Positions 1 to 12,000 of a stretch of DNA of 64,000 nt are shown piece after piece. Source of the DNA: Monocercomonoides exilis PA203. Lineage: Eukaryota; Protista; Preaxostyla. Positions within the stretch are counted from its first letter, which is position 1. Each line of letters begins with the position of its first letter. Below the pieces are notes generated by a model, which was not told where the DNA came from, searched no databases, and worked only from the letters and a program-made list of their open reading frames with translations. The DNA is taken from contig LSRY02000004.1 in NCBI GenBank assembly GCA_001643675.2, positions 620,001-684,000 of the forward strand, in the 5' to 3' direction. A program made the translations under genes and the position numbers.

Positions 1-2357
1 AGACGTGTGGGCTGAGAGCAGCGATGGAAGATTGTGTGATGTTTGTCCCTGTCGGAGGGTGGGACATTGAGAAGCTGATTCTGAAGCACAAGTTTGATGT
101 TCTGACAAGGCTGCTGAAGTACCCACACGAATTCAGACTGACGAAGAGAGGAATGAAGATGCTGAATCGCAGAGAGAAGTGGCTTTGGGAACAAGAGAAT
201 CGAAAGAATTCAAAGAAAAGAGCAAAATACTCAAGACATTCAAAGGAAACAAGAGAAGAAGAGAGTGAAGATAACATCGCAAGTACATCAAGTGAAGGCA
301 AAGGAAAAAGTCGCAGTTTGCACAGCCAGTGTGATTCTGAAGCTTCAGAAGCAGAAACAGAAACAGAAGCAGAAGCAGAAGCAGCGTGTCAGCAGAGCGA
401 GTCGTGTGACAGATGGGACGAGTGTCTGGATCGCGAAGTGAAAGGCTGTGGAATATTTGCCATCTTCGATGGGCACAAAGGAATCGATGCTGCAAACTAC
501 CTGACGTCTCATTTTGTTGATACATTCATTCTGACCGCAAAGGACGAGATTGAATCGGAGGAGGAGAAAAGAAGAGAAGGAGAAGGAGAATATGAAATGA
601 AAGAAAAATGCAATGAAGAATTCGAAGAATTCGAAAATTCTGAAGATGACGAAAGCCAGAGTTTCAACGGATATCCCGAAGCTTCTGAAAGAAGCTCAGT
701 TCATCCTTCTTCTTCTTCTTCTTCTTCTCGTTCCATGTCTATATTCTCTTCGATGTATCCACATGAGCCAGCCACCTCCTTCACCTCGACCACAAAACGA
801 CCAGAGCCTCCTCTTCTCGGCCGCATCTTGCGCAAGACGCTCTTGTCTCTGGTCACACAGATCTTCCGCTGCGGCATCAACGCTGGCGCATGCGGGGTTG
901 TTGCTGCTGTCACTCCGAAGAAAGTGTTCATTGCCAACTGCGGTGATTCGCGTGCTGTGTTAGTCTCCCGCTTTGTGGAAGCGCAAAACACAGCCAATGA
1001 GAATGCATCGTGTGCTGCAAATTCTTCTTCTTCGCCTTCTTCTTCTTCACAGCAAGAGAAGAAGGCAGAGAGCGGACGAGGATTCGACCAAGTTACTGCA
1101 TCAGCCACACATTCGTATCATTTGAGGGCAGATTTATTGCCTCATCCTGCTTTGCAATTGAAGGATACTATCCTTATCAACTCGCCAGCGTCTCTTCCGT
1201 TCACTTCTCCCTTCAGCACTCCACACCCTCAGCTGCCAAGTGCGATGTATGAAAGCTCGTCTTCATTGCGCGATTATTTGACCACAGGGCGCACATTGCA
1301 GATGGCTCGTGCAGCGTCCGCGCAGCCAAAGGAGCCTGAAGCGCGAATGATTTACGTGGGAAAGCCGCTTTCTGTTGATCACACTCCAATCTCGAGGAGG
1401 GAGATGGCATTCATCAAGGCAGATGGCGGGTTTGTGTCACCAGAGCGACGGGTGAATGGCACACTGGCGATGAGCCGATCGCTGGGTGACTTGGAAATCG
1501 CATCTGGGCTGAGTCACGAGGCAGACATATTCTGCTACAAGCTGTGCAGATGGTCGGGGCACAGAAATGGATGCCCTGTCGACCAGAAAAGAAGACACAG
1601 GAACGAAAAGCTGTGGTTCGGCAGTGCTTCAGAACAAAAGAATAAAGCAGAAGATAAGTCAAAGTGTTCATCAGAGCAAAATTCCATTCAGAAAAAGGAA
1701 ATCTTTCCTATTCTCCCGCACAACAACACACCTCAGCCGTACTGTTGCCGGTGTGCCGAGTATTTCCCATATGTTCCCCATTCGCTTGCACACCTCCTTC
1801 AGCTCTGGCTGACAGCCCCCATTTCATTCAAGACTCTCCGCCACGAATTCACAGACGACGGAGAAATACACCCAGAGGCTTTGCCTTTCGCACCGACAGA
1901 CAGCGCTCATTCGCTCATTAAGCGAAGCACCTTGGGGCTTTCGCTGGGATTGCTGGATGAATGTGATGATGGATCGAAGACTCAACTGTGCTCGTGTATG
2001 TGTCATGCAGTGAAGACGGAATCTTGGTTGAGGGAAGATGTGGCGCTTGTACTTGGCTGCGACGGGTTGTTTGGTGATGTCAGCAATCAGATGGTTGCAG
2101 AGATAGTTGCTTCGTCAATGGCAATTGCTGACGATGAAGACGAAGATGATGAGACAGACAGCGAAAGTTATGAAGAATTTGATGATGATGAGGACGATGA
2201 AGAGGATTTGTCGGGTTCGAAAAAGAGATTGTGCAAATGTTCATGTGATGCAGTGCCAAAGGGAAGGTTTGCACAAAAGGCTGCTTTGCGTCTCAAAGCG
2301 AGTTCTATTGCTTTGGATTCAACAGACAATGTCAGCGTGCTTGTTTTGATTCTATAA
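1..2357 (+). CDS. PP2C/PPM-family Ser/Thr phosphatase with large low-complexity insertions (5' end lies outside the window)
   Basis: The frame is open from the window start (TCGLRAAMED, PP2C motif 1). Motifs AIFDGHKG, ANCGDSRAVL, LSVDHTP, RVNGTLAMSRSLGD, LVLGCDGLF and DSTDNVSVLV follow in the correct order. Ends at TAA 2355-2357. Confidence 0.9.
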   Translation, partial: TCGLRAAMEDCVMFVPVGGWDIEKLILKHKFDVLTRLLKYPHEFRLTKRGMKMLNRREKWLWEQENRKNSKKRAKYSRHSKETREEESEDNIASTSSEGKGKSRSLHSQCDSEASEAETETEAEAEAACQQSESCDRWDECLDREVKGCGIFAIFDGHKGIDAANYLTSHFVDTFILTAKDEIESEEEKRREGEGEYEMKEKCNEEFEEFENSEDDESQSFNGYPEASERSSVHPSSSSSSSRSMSIFSSMYPHEPATSFTSTTKRPEPPLLGRILRKTLLSLVTQIFRCGINAGACGVVAAVTPKKVFIANCGDSRAVLVSRFVEAQNTANENASCAANSSSSPSSSSQQEKKAESGRGFDQVTASATHSYHLRADLLPHPALQLKDTILINSPASLPFTSPFSTPHPQLPSAMYESSSSLRDYLTTGRTLQMARAASAQPKEPEARMIYVGKPLSVDHTPISRREMAFIKADGGFVSPERRVNGTLAMSRSLGDLEIASGLSHEADIFCYKLCRWSGHRNGCPVDQKRRHRNEKLWFGSASEQKNKAEDKSKCSSEQNSIQKKEIFPILPHNNTPQPYCCRCAEYFPYVPHSLAHLLQLWLTAPISFKTLRHEFTDDGEIHPEALPFAPTDSAHSLIKRSTLGLSLGLLDECDDGSKTQLCSCMCHAVKTESWLREDVALVLGCDGLFGDVSNQMVAEIVASSMAIADDEDEDDETDSESYEEFDDDEDDEEDLSGSKKRLCKCSCDAVPKGRFAQKAALRLKASSIALDSTDNVSVLVLIL

Positions 2358-3677
2358 TCTTGTTTTGTTGAACTAGTTATCATTATTCTTTAAGTGTTGA
2401 AAACACGTTATGTTTGATAATATTTGTATTTTAAAATATGCTTTAATTTTTCTTTTTGTCAAATGTTTTATTACTTACATTAGCTTATTTCATTTTTATT
2501 TAGAAAAATATTTATATATATATCAATTTCCTGCAATACACTTTGTCTTAATATTCACTCTTTCCAGTCATTTTTAGTTAAAGCATTGATATTGTGTTAT
2601 ATATTACTTAATTATATTCAATATTTCTACAATTTCATTTATTTTCTTCTAAATAGTTTATTATGATTTGTAATTGTGATGTTTAAGTTGTTTCGAATTT
2701 GTTTTGTTTCTTTGTATATAACTCTATTCAACTAGCAAAAGAATAAGGTGATAATTTAGTGTTGTTTTTATGGAAATAATTGTTATTTAAAAACAAAATT
2801 AAAAAATTATGTATCACAAATACTTTTCTTTCAATTCCTCTTTAAAATTATAAAATCATCCTTCAACAAGTATTCACAATTTTTCCCTATTGCTTATACG
2901 TTTATGATTACGCTTCTTAGGATTTATGATTAATCTATTTCACTTCCCGTCTCTTTTATACATTTTTGTATTATTTGTGTGCACATGTACATACCTCTCT
3001 CAATCATACAAACAAGTATTTGTCAAACATAAAAAAGGATTTGGCGGAATATTTTATAAGGCAACTGTTCTTGGTTTGCCCTTTGTTGAAATAAATTTTG
3101 ATTTTTCATAATTTATGTTGTATAGGGGATCGGTGCAGTCCATTTATTTCAGTGCTTGCTATACTGATGGCAGCTTACACATTATTTATAAAAGAATGAA
3201 AATGGAGACTCTATTTTTTATTTTGGAGTTGATAACTTTTCTCCATACACGTTTTCATTTTTCTAATGCTTTTCCATTTTTTGCAATGAAATTTTTATAC
3301 TAAACCTTTAAAAAAAACAATTTTATTCTTGAAAGGAAATGTTAAAGTCTTTATTTCATTTCTTTATGTGAAATGTTCAACGATCGAATCGAAAATATTG
3401 CAACTTAAACAAAATAGGGAAATTTTCATTTTACTGATGAAAATGGATCATAAATAACCAAATTGTAAAAAAACAAATTTATACTGAAATGTTATCAAAC
3501 GAAAAAAATTAAACAATTTCAGGATAAAACACGAAAATGTTGAAGTGATTTTTATTTATGAGAATAATTGGTACATAATTTTTGTTGCTGTATTCAAAAC
3601 ATTCTCCCAAAAAAATGGTTGAATAATCTCTTTGGCATTTAGCAATGGTACTAACAATACAAAAATATAAAGAATTT

Positions 3678-5579
3678 TCACTCTTCGTATGTGCTGTCAG
3701 AAGAATCTTCCCCTGTATCATCGTTTTCAGTTAATTCATCATTTTCATTTTCTCCATCATCTTCCTTTTCCTTATTTTTTCCATGAGCAACTGCCCCATC
3801 TTCCTTTCGTGCTCGTTTTTTTGCGATTTTTGGTGCACGATTGTTGAGAAGGCGCTTCTTAGGTTTTTTTCTTCCAAACAAATTCCCAGCGTTTGCAAAT
3901 GGATTTATGATAGCACCTGCGAATGGATTTGGAATTGCTTGAAATGCATTGTTAAATGCTTGCTGTGCTGGCACTTGAACTGGATCGGGCTGAAATGGAG
4001 TGATTCCCGATGATACAACATCTTTGATCGTAAGTTTGGTATTGGCAGCTTCAGGATGTTCGCTCCGCCATTTCTTTTCTGCATCCTTTGCAGCTTTTTT
4101 AATACGTTTTTCTTCAAGTTTATCTTCGTTATTGTTCCAAAGAGGACATTTTGTGTCATGAAAATGCTTGTATGGATCAGGCTTTGGGCACAAAGCTCCG
4201 CAAACATAGCAAAACGACTCACCACATTCACATGGGACGCGATTGCAGCCATCCATTTTGACAACACTTTTTTTGCATGATGGACATTCTCTAATCCTTG
4301 CAGCGTCCATCGCTGCTTCCACTGCCTTTCGAAGAGACTCCTCTAATGCTTCTTCTGCCACTTCAGAACATTTCTTTGGTAAATGGGATTCCTTTTTGCA
4401 TAAGCGGCAGCTCACTTTCATGCAGTCAGGATTGGCACAATGCAATTCTGTATCTTCGTTTGCCGAGGTCTCCATAATAACTGCATAATCACAAAATGGA
4501 CATTCAACAAGATTGGGAATAGCTGCAGTTCGAAGTGCTGCCTGTTGCTCTCTTCGAAGAAGCATCGAATATTCTTCCTCTGATAATACCCGTCTCACAA
4601 AAGAGTCCGGAAATGTTCCTTCGCATCCATTCATATCGACACACTGAAATGATACATTTGCTTTGCCTTTTTGTAATTCCTTTAAAATGGCTTGTTTTGC
4701 GCAATCATTGCAGATTAAATGCATCTCTGTGCATTGCACCATTTCGTCAATTGCATAGCTTCCCATACAACACCCGCATTCTAATAATTCTCCTCCAGCT
4801 TCTTCGTATTCTTTGTCCATCAATTTCCGAGCAACTTCAAGATCAGCCTCTGTTACTTTTGCTAATCTTTGTTTTTGAATTTCTTCGTATTCTTCTTTGA
4901 AATCTTCATCTTTTTCTATTTCAAGATCAACTTGCTTCCGCGGTTTTTTCAAAAGATGAAATTTCTTACCGTCTATTTCGGCATCGTTATTAATAATTTT
5001 TAAATCTTTTTCAAGATGCTCAATGATTGGAATCAAGTGATAGTTGAATTTTACTGAAATTTCTGTCAAGCGCGGAATTGGAATCAATGGGAATAAATTC
5101 GACAGATATTTAGTAGATAGCTGTGTGTAAGAAGGTTTCATGATTCTCACAATATTCTTGTAATCTCTTTTGCACTTTGATGATTCTCCTTTTTTTTTCT
5201 GCTTTGGATAGCTGCTTTTCTCCGCAATTTCATTTATCACCAAAGTCGCACAATCTTTTTCGTCAATTTTTTCTGATACCTTTGTGCGAAGAAAGTCCAA
5301 GTCTATATCTGGAAAAAGGCACAATACTTCTTGAACGTATAAATCAACTTTGCTTTCAATTGTATCTAAATCATCTTCATCGATTTGAGTTTCTTCCATA
5401 GAAATATTTTTTCCCAGTGCATCAACAAGTTTTTCATTTGTACGATGTTGCTCTGATAAACGTATGTTATCTTCTTTAACTTCATCAATATCATCTGGAT
5501 CAACAATTGTAGATCCTTGAGTCAGAAGAGGTATTTTTTGAAAAGAGTTTTCGATTGAATTATTATTTATTTCGTTCAT
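3678..5579 (-). CDS. RBR (RING1-IBR-RING2) E3 ubiquitin ligase, RNF216/TRIAD3-like
   Basis: CUE-like LFPDID/LFPLIP segments; RING1 (CGCC...CTEMHLICNDC...C...C); IBR (CPFC...C...C...CRLC...H...C); RING2 CPSC...KMDGCNRVPCECG..FCYVC with catalytic Cys; basic NLS-like and acidic tail. Confidence 0.88.
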   Translation of the reverse strand: MNEINNNSIENSFQKIPLLTQGSTIVDPDDIDEVKEDNIRLSEQHRTNEKLVDALGKNISMEETQIDEDDLDTIESKVDLYVQEVLCLFPDIDLDFLRTKVSEKIDEKDCATLVINEIAEKSSYPKQKKKGESSKCKRDYKNIVRIMKPSYTQLSTKYLSNLFPLIPIPRLTEISVKFNYHLIPIIEHLEKDLKIINNDAEIDGKKFHLLKKPRKQVDLEIEKDEDFKEEYEEIQKQRLAKVTEADLEVARKLMDKEYEEAGGELLECGCCMGSYAIDEMVQCTEMHLICNDCAKQAILKELQKGKANVSFQCVDMNGCEGTFPDSFVRRVLSEEEYSMLLRREQQAALRTAAIPNLVECPFCDYAVIMETSANEDTELHCANPDCMKVSCRLCKKESHLPKKCSEVAEEALEESLRKAVEAAMDAARIRECPSCKKSVVKMDGCNRVPCECGESFCYVCGALCPKPDPYKHFHDTKCPLWNNNEDKLEEKRIKKAAKDAEKKWRSEHPEAANTKLTIKDVVSSGITPFQPDPVQVPAQQAFNNAFQAIPNPFAGAIINPFANAGNLFGRKKPKKRLLNNRAPKIAKKRARKEDGAVAHGKNKEKEDDGENENDELTENDDTGEDSSDSTYEE

Positions 5580-7269
5580 TTATTTCTGAAAAGCAATAAT
5601 CAAAAAAGAAAAACAAAAATTAATATATATAAAGGTGGGAAGTTTGATCGTTCAACAAATATTTGATGAAAAAATCTTTGTGTCAACGTTTATATTATTT
5701 GTTTTTCAATTGTTTTCACGAAAAAAAAAGATTGTTTTCATTTTTTTATTTGTGAAAGAGAATAGACCATTTGTTGTTTTCCATTTTTTTTATAAATATT
5801 TCGTTTAATAAAACGAAATTTAACTTCATTTTCCTTATTTTAGAACAAAATAAATGCATTTAATTATTGTTTATTGAATTTCACTCTTATTATTTTTTTG
5901 TGATGATTTATTTTGTTGAAAAAAGGTGACTCTTTTTGAATTGTCATTAATGAACAGTCTTTCATTTTGAAAAAATCTGTGAATAATTCAGTAGTTCATT
6001 CGTCCATTAATCATATTCAACAATATCATATGTGGAAACACGATGTGCATTTTGTGTTATATGCGCTCCATAACTGAGTAATATGACTCATGAATGCCAA
6101 AAATTGACAAAAGAATAATGTTCAATGTTCAAAGTGAAAACAAAAAATCACTTGTTTTGAAAATATGGGGTTCAATACGGACTTTCAGACCTTTATGAAC
6201 TAATCAACAAAGATTTACTTCACTTGTGACTTAATTACACGTTCACATATTTAAATATTTATTTATTTTTCTTTTCCATGAATATGAATCCATGATGTCG
6301 TTTTTTTATGTTGTATGATCCGACATGTATTTAAAAAAATAAATTTATTTGTTTTTGTATTTTTGACCTCATAAAGTTCATCCGAACTTCATTATTTTTG
6401 AATTAAAACGCCTGATATGTAATACTCTATCCAATGCATTAAATAAAGACTTTCTTTAAAACACGATGAAGATTATTCACATTGAGATAAAAAACATCAA
6501 AAGTTTGGTTTTCACTCACATGATTATTCAAGACCGAACACATATATTTTTAACAACTTCAGTGATTATTTTTATGATCATGACATTTTTTGGGGTGCAG
6601 TTTTTTTAAAGGTTTTTCGATTATAACGAAATAATTGTCATTTTAGATGATAATTGTTTCGGAATAATTACAAAAGCCAAAGTTTGAAATGAAAAAGAAG
6701 CAGACATAAACTTCAATTGAGTTTTCACTTTTCAGTGTTCATTATAAAATACATATAATACATGGGAGGAAATACGGACTTTCAAGCTTTTTTTGCACAT
6801 GGCATTGAATAATTGCTTCACTCTTAACTTTATTTCGCTTTCTCAGATTTCAAAATAATTGGAATTCATATCCGTAAACATGTATCGTAGAATTCAAAAC
6901 ATAAAGTTTATCATCATTTCACGAATGTCAAAAAATGGAACAATTTTTATTGTGTTTTTTGTTCACAAAGAATAAATGAAAAGTGCATAAAATTTTCAGT
7001 GAAAATGCCTAAAGTGAAATACTTTGCCACACATATTTAAACTGAAAAAATTTACTGAAAAAAAATATGATTTCAAAATAATCACATAAATGAAAAAATC
7101 AAATATATAAAAGATAATTTTTAAATTTGAACATTTCTTTTATAAATACACACAACATTCTTTTCACTGTCTTTTTAGTGGGTTTATATTGAATTTGTTT
7201 TTGAGCGTAATCACAGGATCAAATGCAAATAAGCTCAATTTTGGCATTGTTAAGTACAAAATATAAAGA

Positions 7270-7492
<223 letters not shown>

Positions 7493-7782
7493 TAAAACAT
7501 TCGTTTTGATCTGAAATCACATTTATTGGATAGATTTGAAAAAAAATTTAACATAAATTTTCTTTCTCTGAACAACACAATGAAATATTGATTTTTGTTT
7601 AATAACTGAAAAGAAAGAATGTGAGTTGTGATCTAACACACTGCAATGTTTTTATCTTTAAAATGGAACTGAATTATTGGTGTATTAATCAGGAAACATG
7701 TTATTAAAAGAAGACATCTTTTTTCTCAAAGAAAATCAACATTTCAAATTGTTGTTTACTCGGGATTGTTGAAAATTCAACT

Positions 7783-7988
7783 TGGCTGATTTTTTTTGAA
7801 ATCATTTTTTTGTTCGAGTTTTGATCTAGTTTTTTTCTCAATGGTATTTTCAAAGAAAATGTATTTCCTGTGAAGCATAGTCATTATGTGCATGTATTTT
7901 CCAATATAGCTAATTTTAAAAAATCACATCGAGATTAAATTTATGATCAAAACTCGAACGAAAGTTTGATTTTAAAAAGGATCAGCCA
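7783..7988. mobile_element. Small foldback/MITE-like element with ~44-bp imperfect terminal inverted repeats
   Basis: 7783-7826 (TGGCTGAT...GTTCGAGTTTTGATC) is the reverse complement of 7945-7988 (GATCAAAACTCGAAC...ATCAGCCA), with a 15-bp perfect core. No clear target-site duplication. Confidence 0.55.
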
Positions 7989-8105
7989 CTTAACCAAAAA
8001 GAAATAATCAGAATCATGAACAAAAAAATCGATGAAGGATAAAAATCATTCCACAATAAAAGTTTTGTCCATATTATTCACACATATTAAAAAAGAAATA
8101 ACAAT

Positions 8106-8205
8106 AATTCGCAATAGAGCGAATATACGAACGCAAGGAGCAGGTTTGCTCCTCAATAATGAGTATTGGTTACGATTTATGGGCGGTTTAAGATCTAACT
8201 TCGCC
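8106..8205 (+). repeat. Left inverted terminal repeat of the DIRS element
   Basis: 8155-8192 is the exact reverse complement of 14296-14333; 8197-8205 matches 14283-14291; 8106-8164 is complementary to the first half of the ICR. Confidence 0.93.
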
Positions 8206-9095
8206 AATACTCAAATTCAAAGTTGATCCAAATTGTCCGCAACGAAAATGAAGCAATAGCCTGTAACAAAAAATACAGAGACGGCGATGGAAAAGATTTA
8301 GTTCGAATTCTGAAACTGGTAAAAGCGAAAAGCATAATTGAAGAACTTACCAGGACTTGAGCTGGAAATGCATCATCGGGAATAAAAGGAAGTGCACAGC
8401 TGAAACCATAAAATATTAATAGATAATTATTGAAAATATTTCCGCGTTATACCGCGAAACAATTTCAGAAATTAAAACTACGAAAAATAGTGAAACATTT
8501 TGATAGAATAAAGATATGATATTTTTTAGACTTTAAAATAGAATAAAACTACACAATATTTTGTTTATTTATTAGGAATAAGAACCGCGTATTGAAACAA
8601 GTTATAGGAAAATTAAGAAATCACTTGAAACATCATGAATTAAAGAATATATATGCATATGTAGCAGAGAGATTATTATTGAGAAAGAATCTCCTTTTTA
8701 TAAAGATATAATCAATTGAAATAAAGCTGTGCATATTCGAGAGATTATTCCAAAGATTGAAATTACAAAAATAATATAAAATATATATACCGAACAAAGG
8801 AAGAAGATCCGCGCATAGCCGCGAGATATAATATAACATTGTCACTACATAATATTGATAGAATTTTAAGGAAGAAGAGCCGTGTATAGCCGCGAGGATA
8901 TGTACAATCACAGAAACTACTAAATATTGGAAATGTGTCAGAATATTCACAGACTTATTGCAGAAAGATTATAATAAATAAAGAATTTTATTACAATTTA
9001 TACAAATATAATTGAAATTAAATAGATCACACTCTCGAAATAACTGCAATTAACAAAATCATGTTATTCGTTTGATAAAGATTGAAAAGAGAATA

Positions 9096-12000
9096 ATGAG
9101 TTCCGTGCTTTGCCGCGAGACAGAGAGAGGAGAAAGAGCCGCGCTTTGCCGCGAGACAGAGAGAGAGGAGAGAGCCGCGCTTTGCCGCGAGACAGAGAGA
9201 GAAGAGAAAGCCGCGCTTTGCCGCGAGACAGAGAGAGAAGAGAGAGCCGCGCTTTGCCGCGAGACAGAGAGAGAAGAGAAAGCCGCGCTTTGCCGCGAGA
9301 CAGAGAGAGAAGAGAAAGCCGCGCTTTGCCGCGAGACAGAGAGAGAAGAGAAAGCCGCGCTATGCCGCGAGACAGAGAGAGAGGAGAGAGACGCGCTTCG
9401 CCGCGAGACAGAGAGAGAAGAGAAAGCCGCGCTTTGCCGCGAGACAGAGAGAGAAGAGAAAGCCGCGCTTTGCCGCGAGACAGAGAGAGAAGAAAGAGCC
9501 GCGCTTTGCCGCGAGACAGAGAGAGAAGAGAGAGCCGCGCTTTGCCGCGAGACAGAGAGAGAAGAGAGAGCCGCGCTTTGCCGCGAGACAGAGAGAGAAG
9601 AGAAAGCCGCGCTTTGCCGCGAGACAGAGAGAGAAGAGAGAGCCGCGCTTTGCCGCGAGACAGAGAGAGAAGAAAGAGCCGCGCTTTGCCGCGAGACAGA
9701 GAGAGAAGAGAGAGCCGCGCTATGCCGCGAGACAGAGAGAGAGGAGAGAGACGCGCTTCGCCGCGAGACAGGGATGGACATGATGATGTCAGAGTTCAGG
9801 GGAATGACAGTACTACGGGAGGTCCCAATCAATCGACAGACAAGCACAAGGGAGAAACCCTTGGAGGTCTGCGAGAGCAACGAAGAGGCACTGAGCCCTT
9901 CCGACCGAAAGAAGAGGATAGAGATAGAAAGCTCGATAGATCGCGAGATGAGAACAGGGAGAGAGGACACAGAGGAAGACTCCGTATATCCCCACGGGAC
10001 AGAACAGGTGAACGATCAGGAACCCGAGAGGGAGGTAGTGAAGAGAGTCTGGAGAGCTTCTGGAACTGTTATCGAGTCCCCAATTGGGAGCGTCCTGGAG
10101 GAGAGCTGGAAGATAGCTACTGCAGATACTCTCGAAGGGAAAGAGACCGCACAGATACAGACTGGTCAAAGGACACCAGAAGTGGGGAGTTGCGTAGCAG
10201 TGGGACCACCGAAGGAGCCACTTCCTGGGAGACTGGTGAACAGGCTGAACGAGTGGAGGAAGATTGGGGGAGACAAATTAGTGAGCCGTGGTATAAAAGC
10301 ACGATGGATGAGTCCCCAATCCCCAATCTCACTCGAGGAGAGAAAACACAGACAAGAATTTCGGGGAACAACAGAGATGATGGACAATTATTTATCCCTC
10401 TTGGAGGAGGAAGTGAAAGAAGGAGTGGTGAAACCCATACAGGAGTCGGAGGTAAAGTGGTTCAACCCGACATTTATGGTCCGGAAGAAGAACGGAAAGT
10501 GGAGAAAGATCCTGGATTGCAGAATTTTAAACGAGGAAGTGCTAGGGAAACACTTCAAGATGGATTCCCAGGAGACAGTTGTGGAACTCCTGGAGGAGAA
10601 CGATTGGATGACCACGCTCGACATATCGAGTGCTTACCAACATGTCAAAGTGGACGAGCAGTTCAGTCCCTTTCTGTGCTTCAGCTTCCAAAAGCAATGC
10701 TACACTTACGTGGGGATGCCATTTGGAGCAAAGGACGCGCCCAGAGTATTCACGAAGATAATGAGACGGGCAGCGTCATATATCAGAGAACATTGGAAGG
10801 TAAAGCTGGTGATATATCTAGACGACATCCTCCTCATGCACCCAGACAGGGATGCCTTGAGATCGATCTCACAGGAGATAGCCCAGTTCCTGAGAAATCT
10901 GGGCTGGATACTGTCGGAGGAGAAGCTGAAGCTAGAACCCGCAAGGAGTGTGGAGTTTTTGGGATGGAGTTGGAACTCAGAGAAGATGGAAGTGACGCTC
11001 CAAGAGAGGAAGAGAGTGCTGCTGCTAGAGGACGTGCGAAAATGGACAGCACATGCAAAGAAGAGAAGGAAACAAAAGACGAGGGACTTAGCAGCACTCC
11101 TCGGGAGGTTGAATTTTGTGAGGTTACAACATCCACCAGCGAGCTTGTGGATGAAGCGCATGCAATACGTGCTGAGGCAGGCAATAGCCCGCGGAGGCTG
11201 GAAGGGAACGGTAATAGACAACCCAATGTTGTTGGGAGAGTTAACTCATTGGAGGAAAACCCTGCTAGAGAACAGACCAAGGAGTCTGAAGAGAAGGAAC
11301 AGACCAGCAGAACTAACAACGGACGCCTCAGAGTTGGGATGGGGTGCAGTATTAACAATACCGAAAGAGAACAAAGAGGAGAAGATATATGTCCACGGAA
11401 GTTGGACCCTCCAGGAAAGCAAGCTGGCAATCAACGAGAAGGAGTCCAGAGCAGTGTTGAGGACTTTGGAAAGGAAAGGAGCATGGCTGAAAGAACAGAA
11501 GATAGATCATATTCGTCTGAAGACAGACAACATGTCCACGAGATGGACAATCCAGAAGAAGAAGGGAGCTCCATCGCTCATTCCAACACTGAGAGCACTG
11601 GAGAAGAAACTGAACAGCCTGGACATGACGATACAGACGGAACACCTCCCGGGAGAGCAGAACATGGAAGCAGATGCACTCAGCCGGATAACGAGAAAAC
11701 CTGACTATGCACTGAGGGGGGAGAAAGTCGCAGAGATATTACAGACAATCGCACCGAGAACACTAGATACAATTTCAGAACAGATTGCGCCGGTGCCCTG
11801 CGGAAGTACTTGGAGACTATCCTCTCTGAGAAGGAAGAGAGAGAAAGGAACAGCAGAAGACGACATAGTCCTAGTCCACCCGTTCCTGAGAAACATTGGA
11901 CGAGTGATGAAAGAGAAGATGAACGAAGCTCAGAGGAATCTGACGATTCTGATTCTGCCAGCCTGGCGGGGGCAGACCTGGACCCCGCTACTGCAGCCTG

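Noticed and set aside
9102-9770. 36-bp repeats as a CRISPR array
   Set aside because: The units are head-to-tail with no unique spacers, there are no cas genes, and the context is eukaryotic and coding.
9059-9970. 303-aa minus-strand ORF (SLSVSRQSAALS repeats)
   Set aside because: Antisense shadow of the stop-free tandem array.
11702-11704. Selenocysteine or genetic-code reassignment explaining in-frame TGA codons (also 38599)
   Set aside because: TGA and TAA both terminate ordinary genes in this window, there is no redox-motif context, and no SECIS was recognised.
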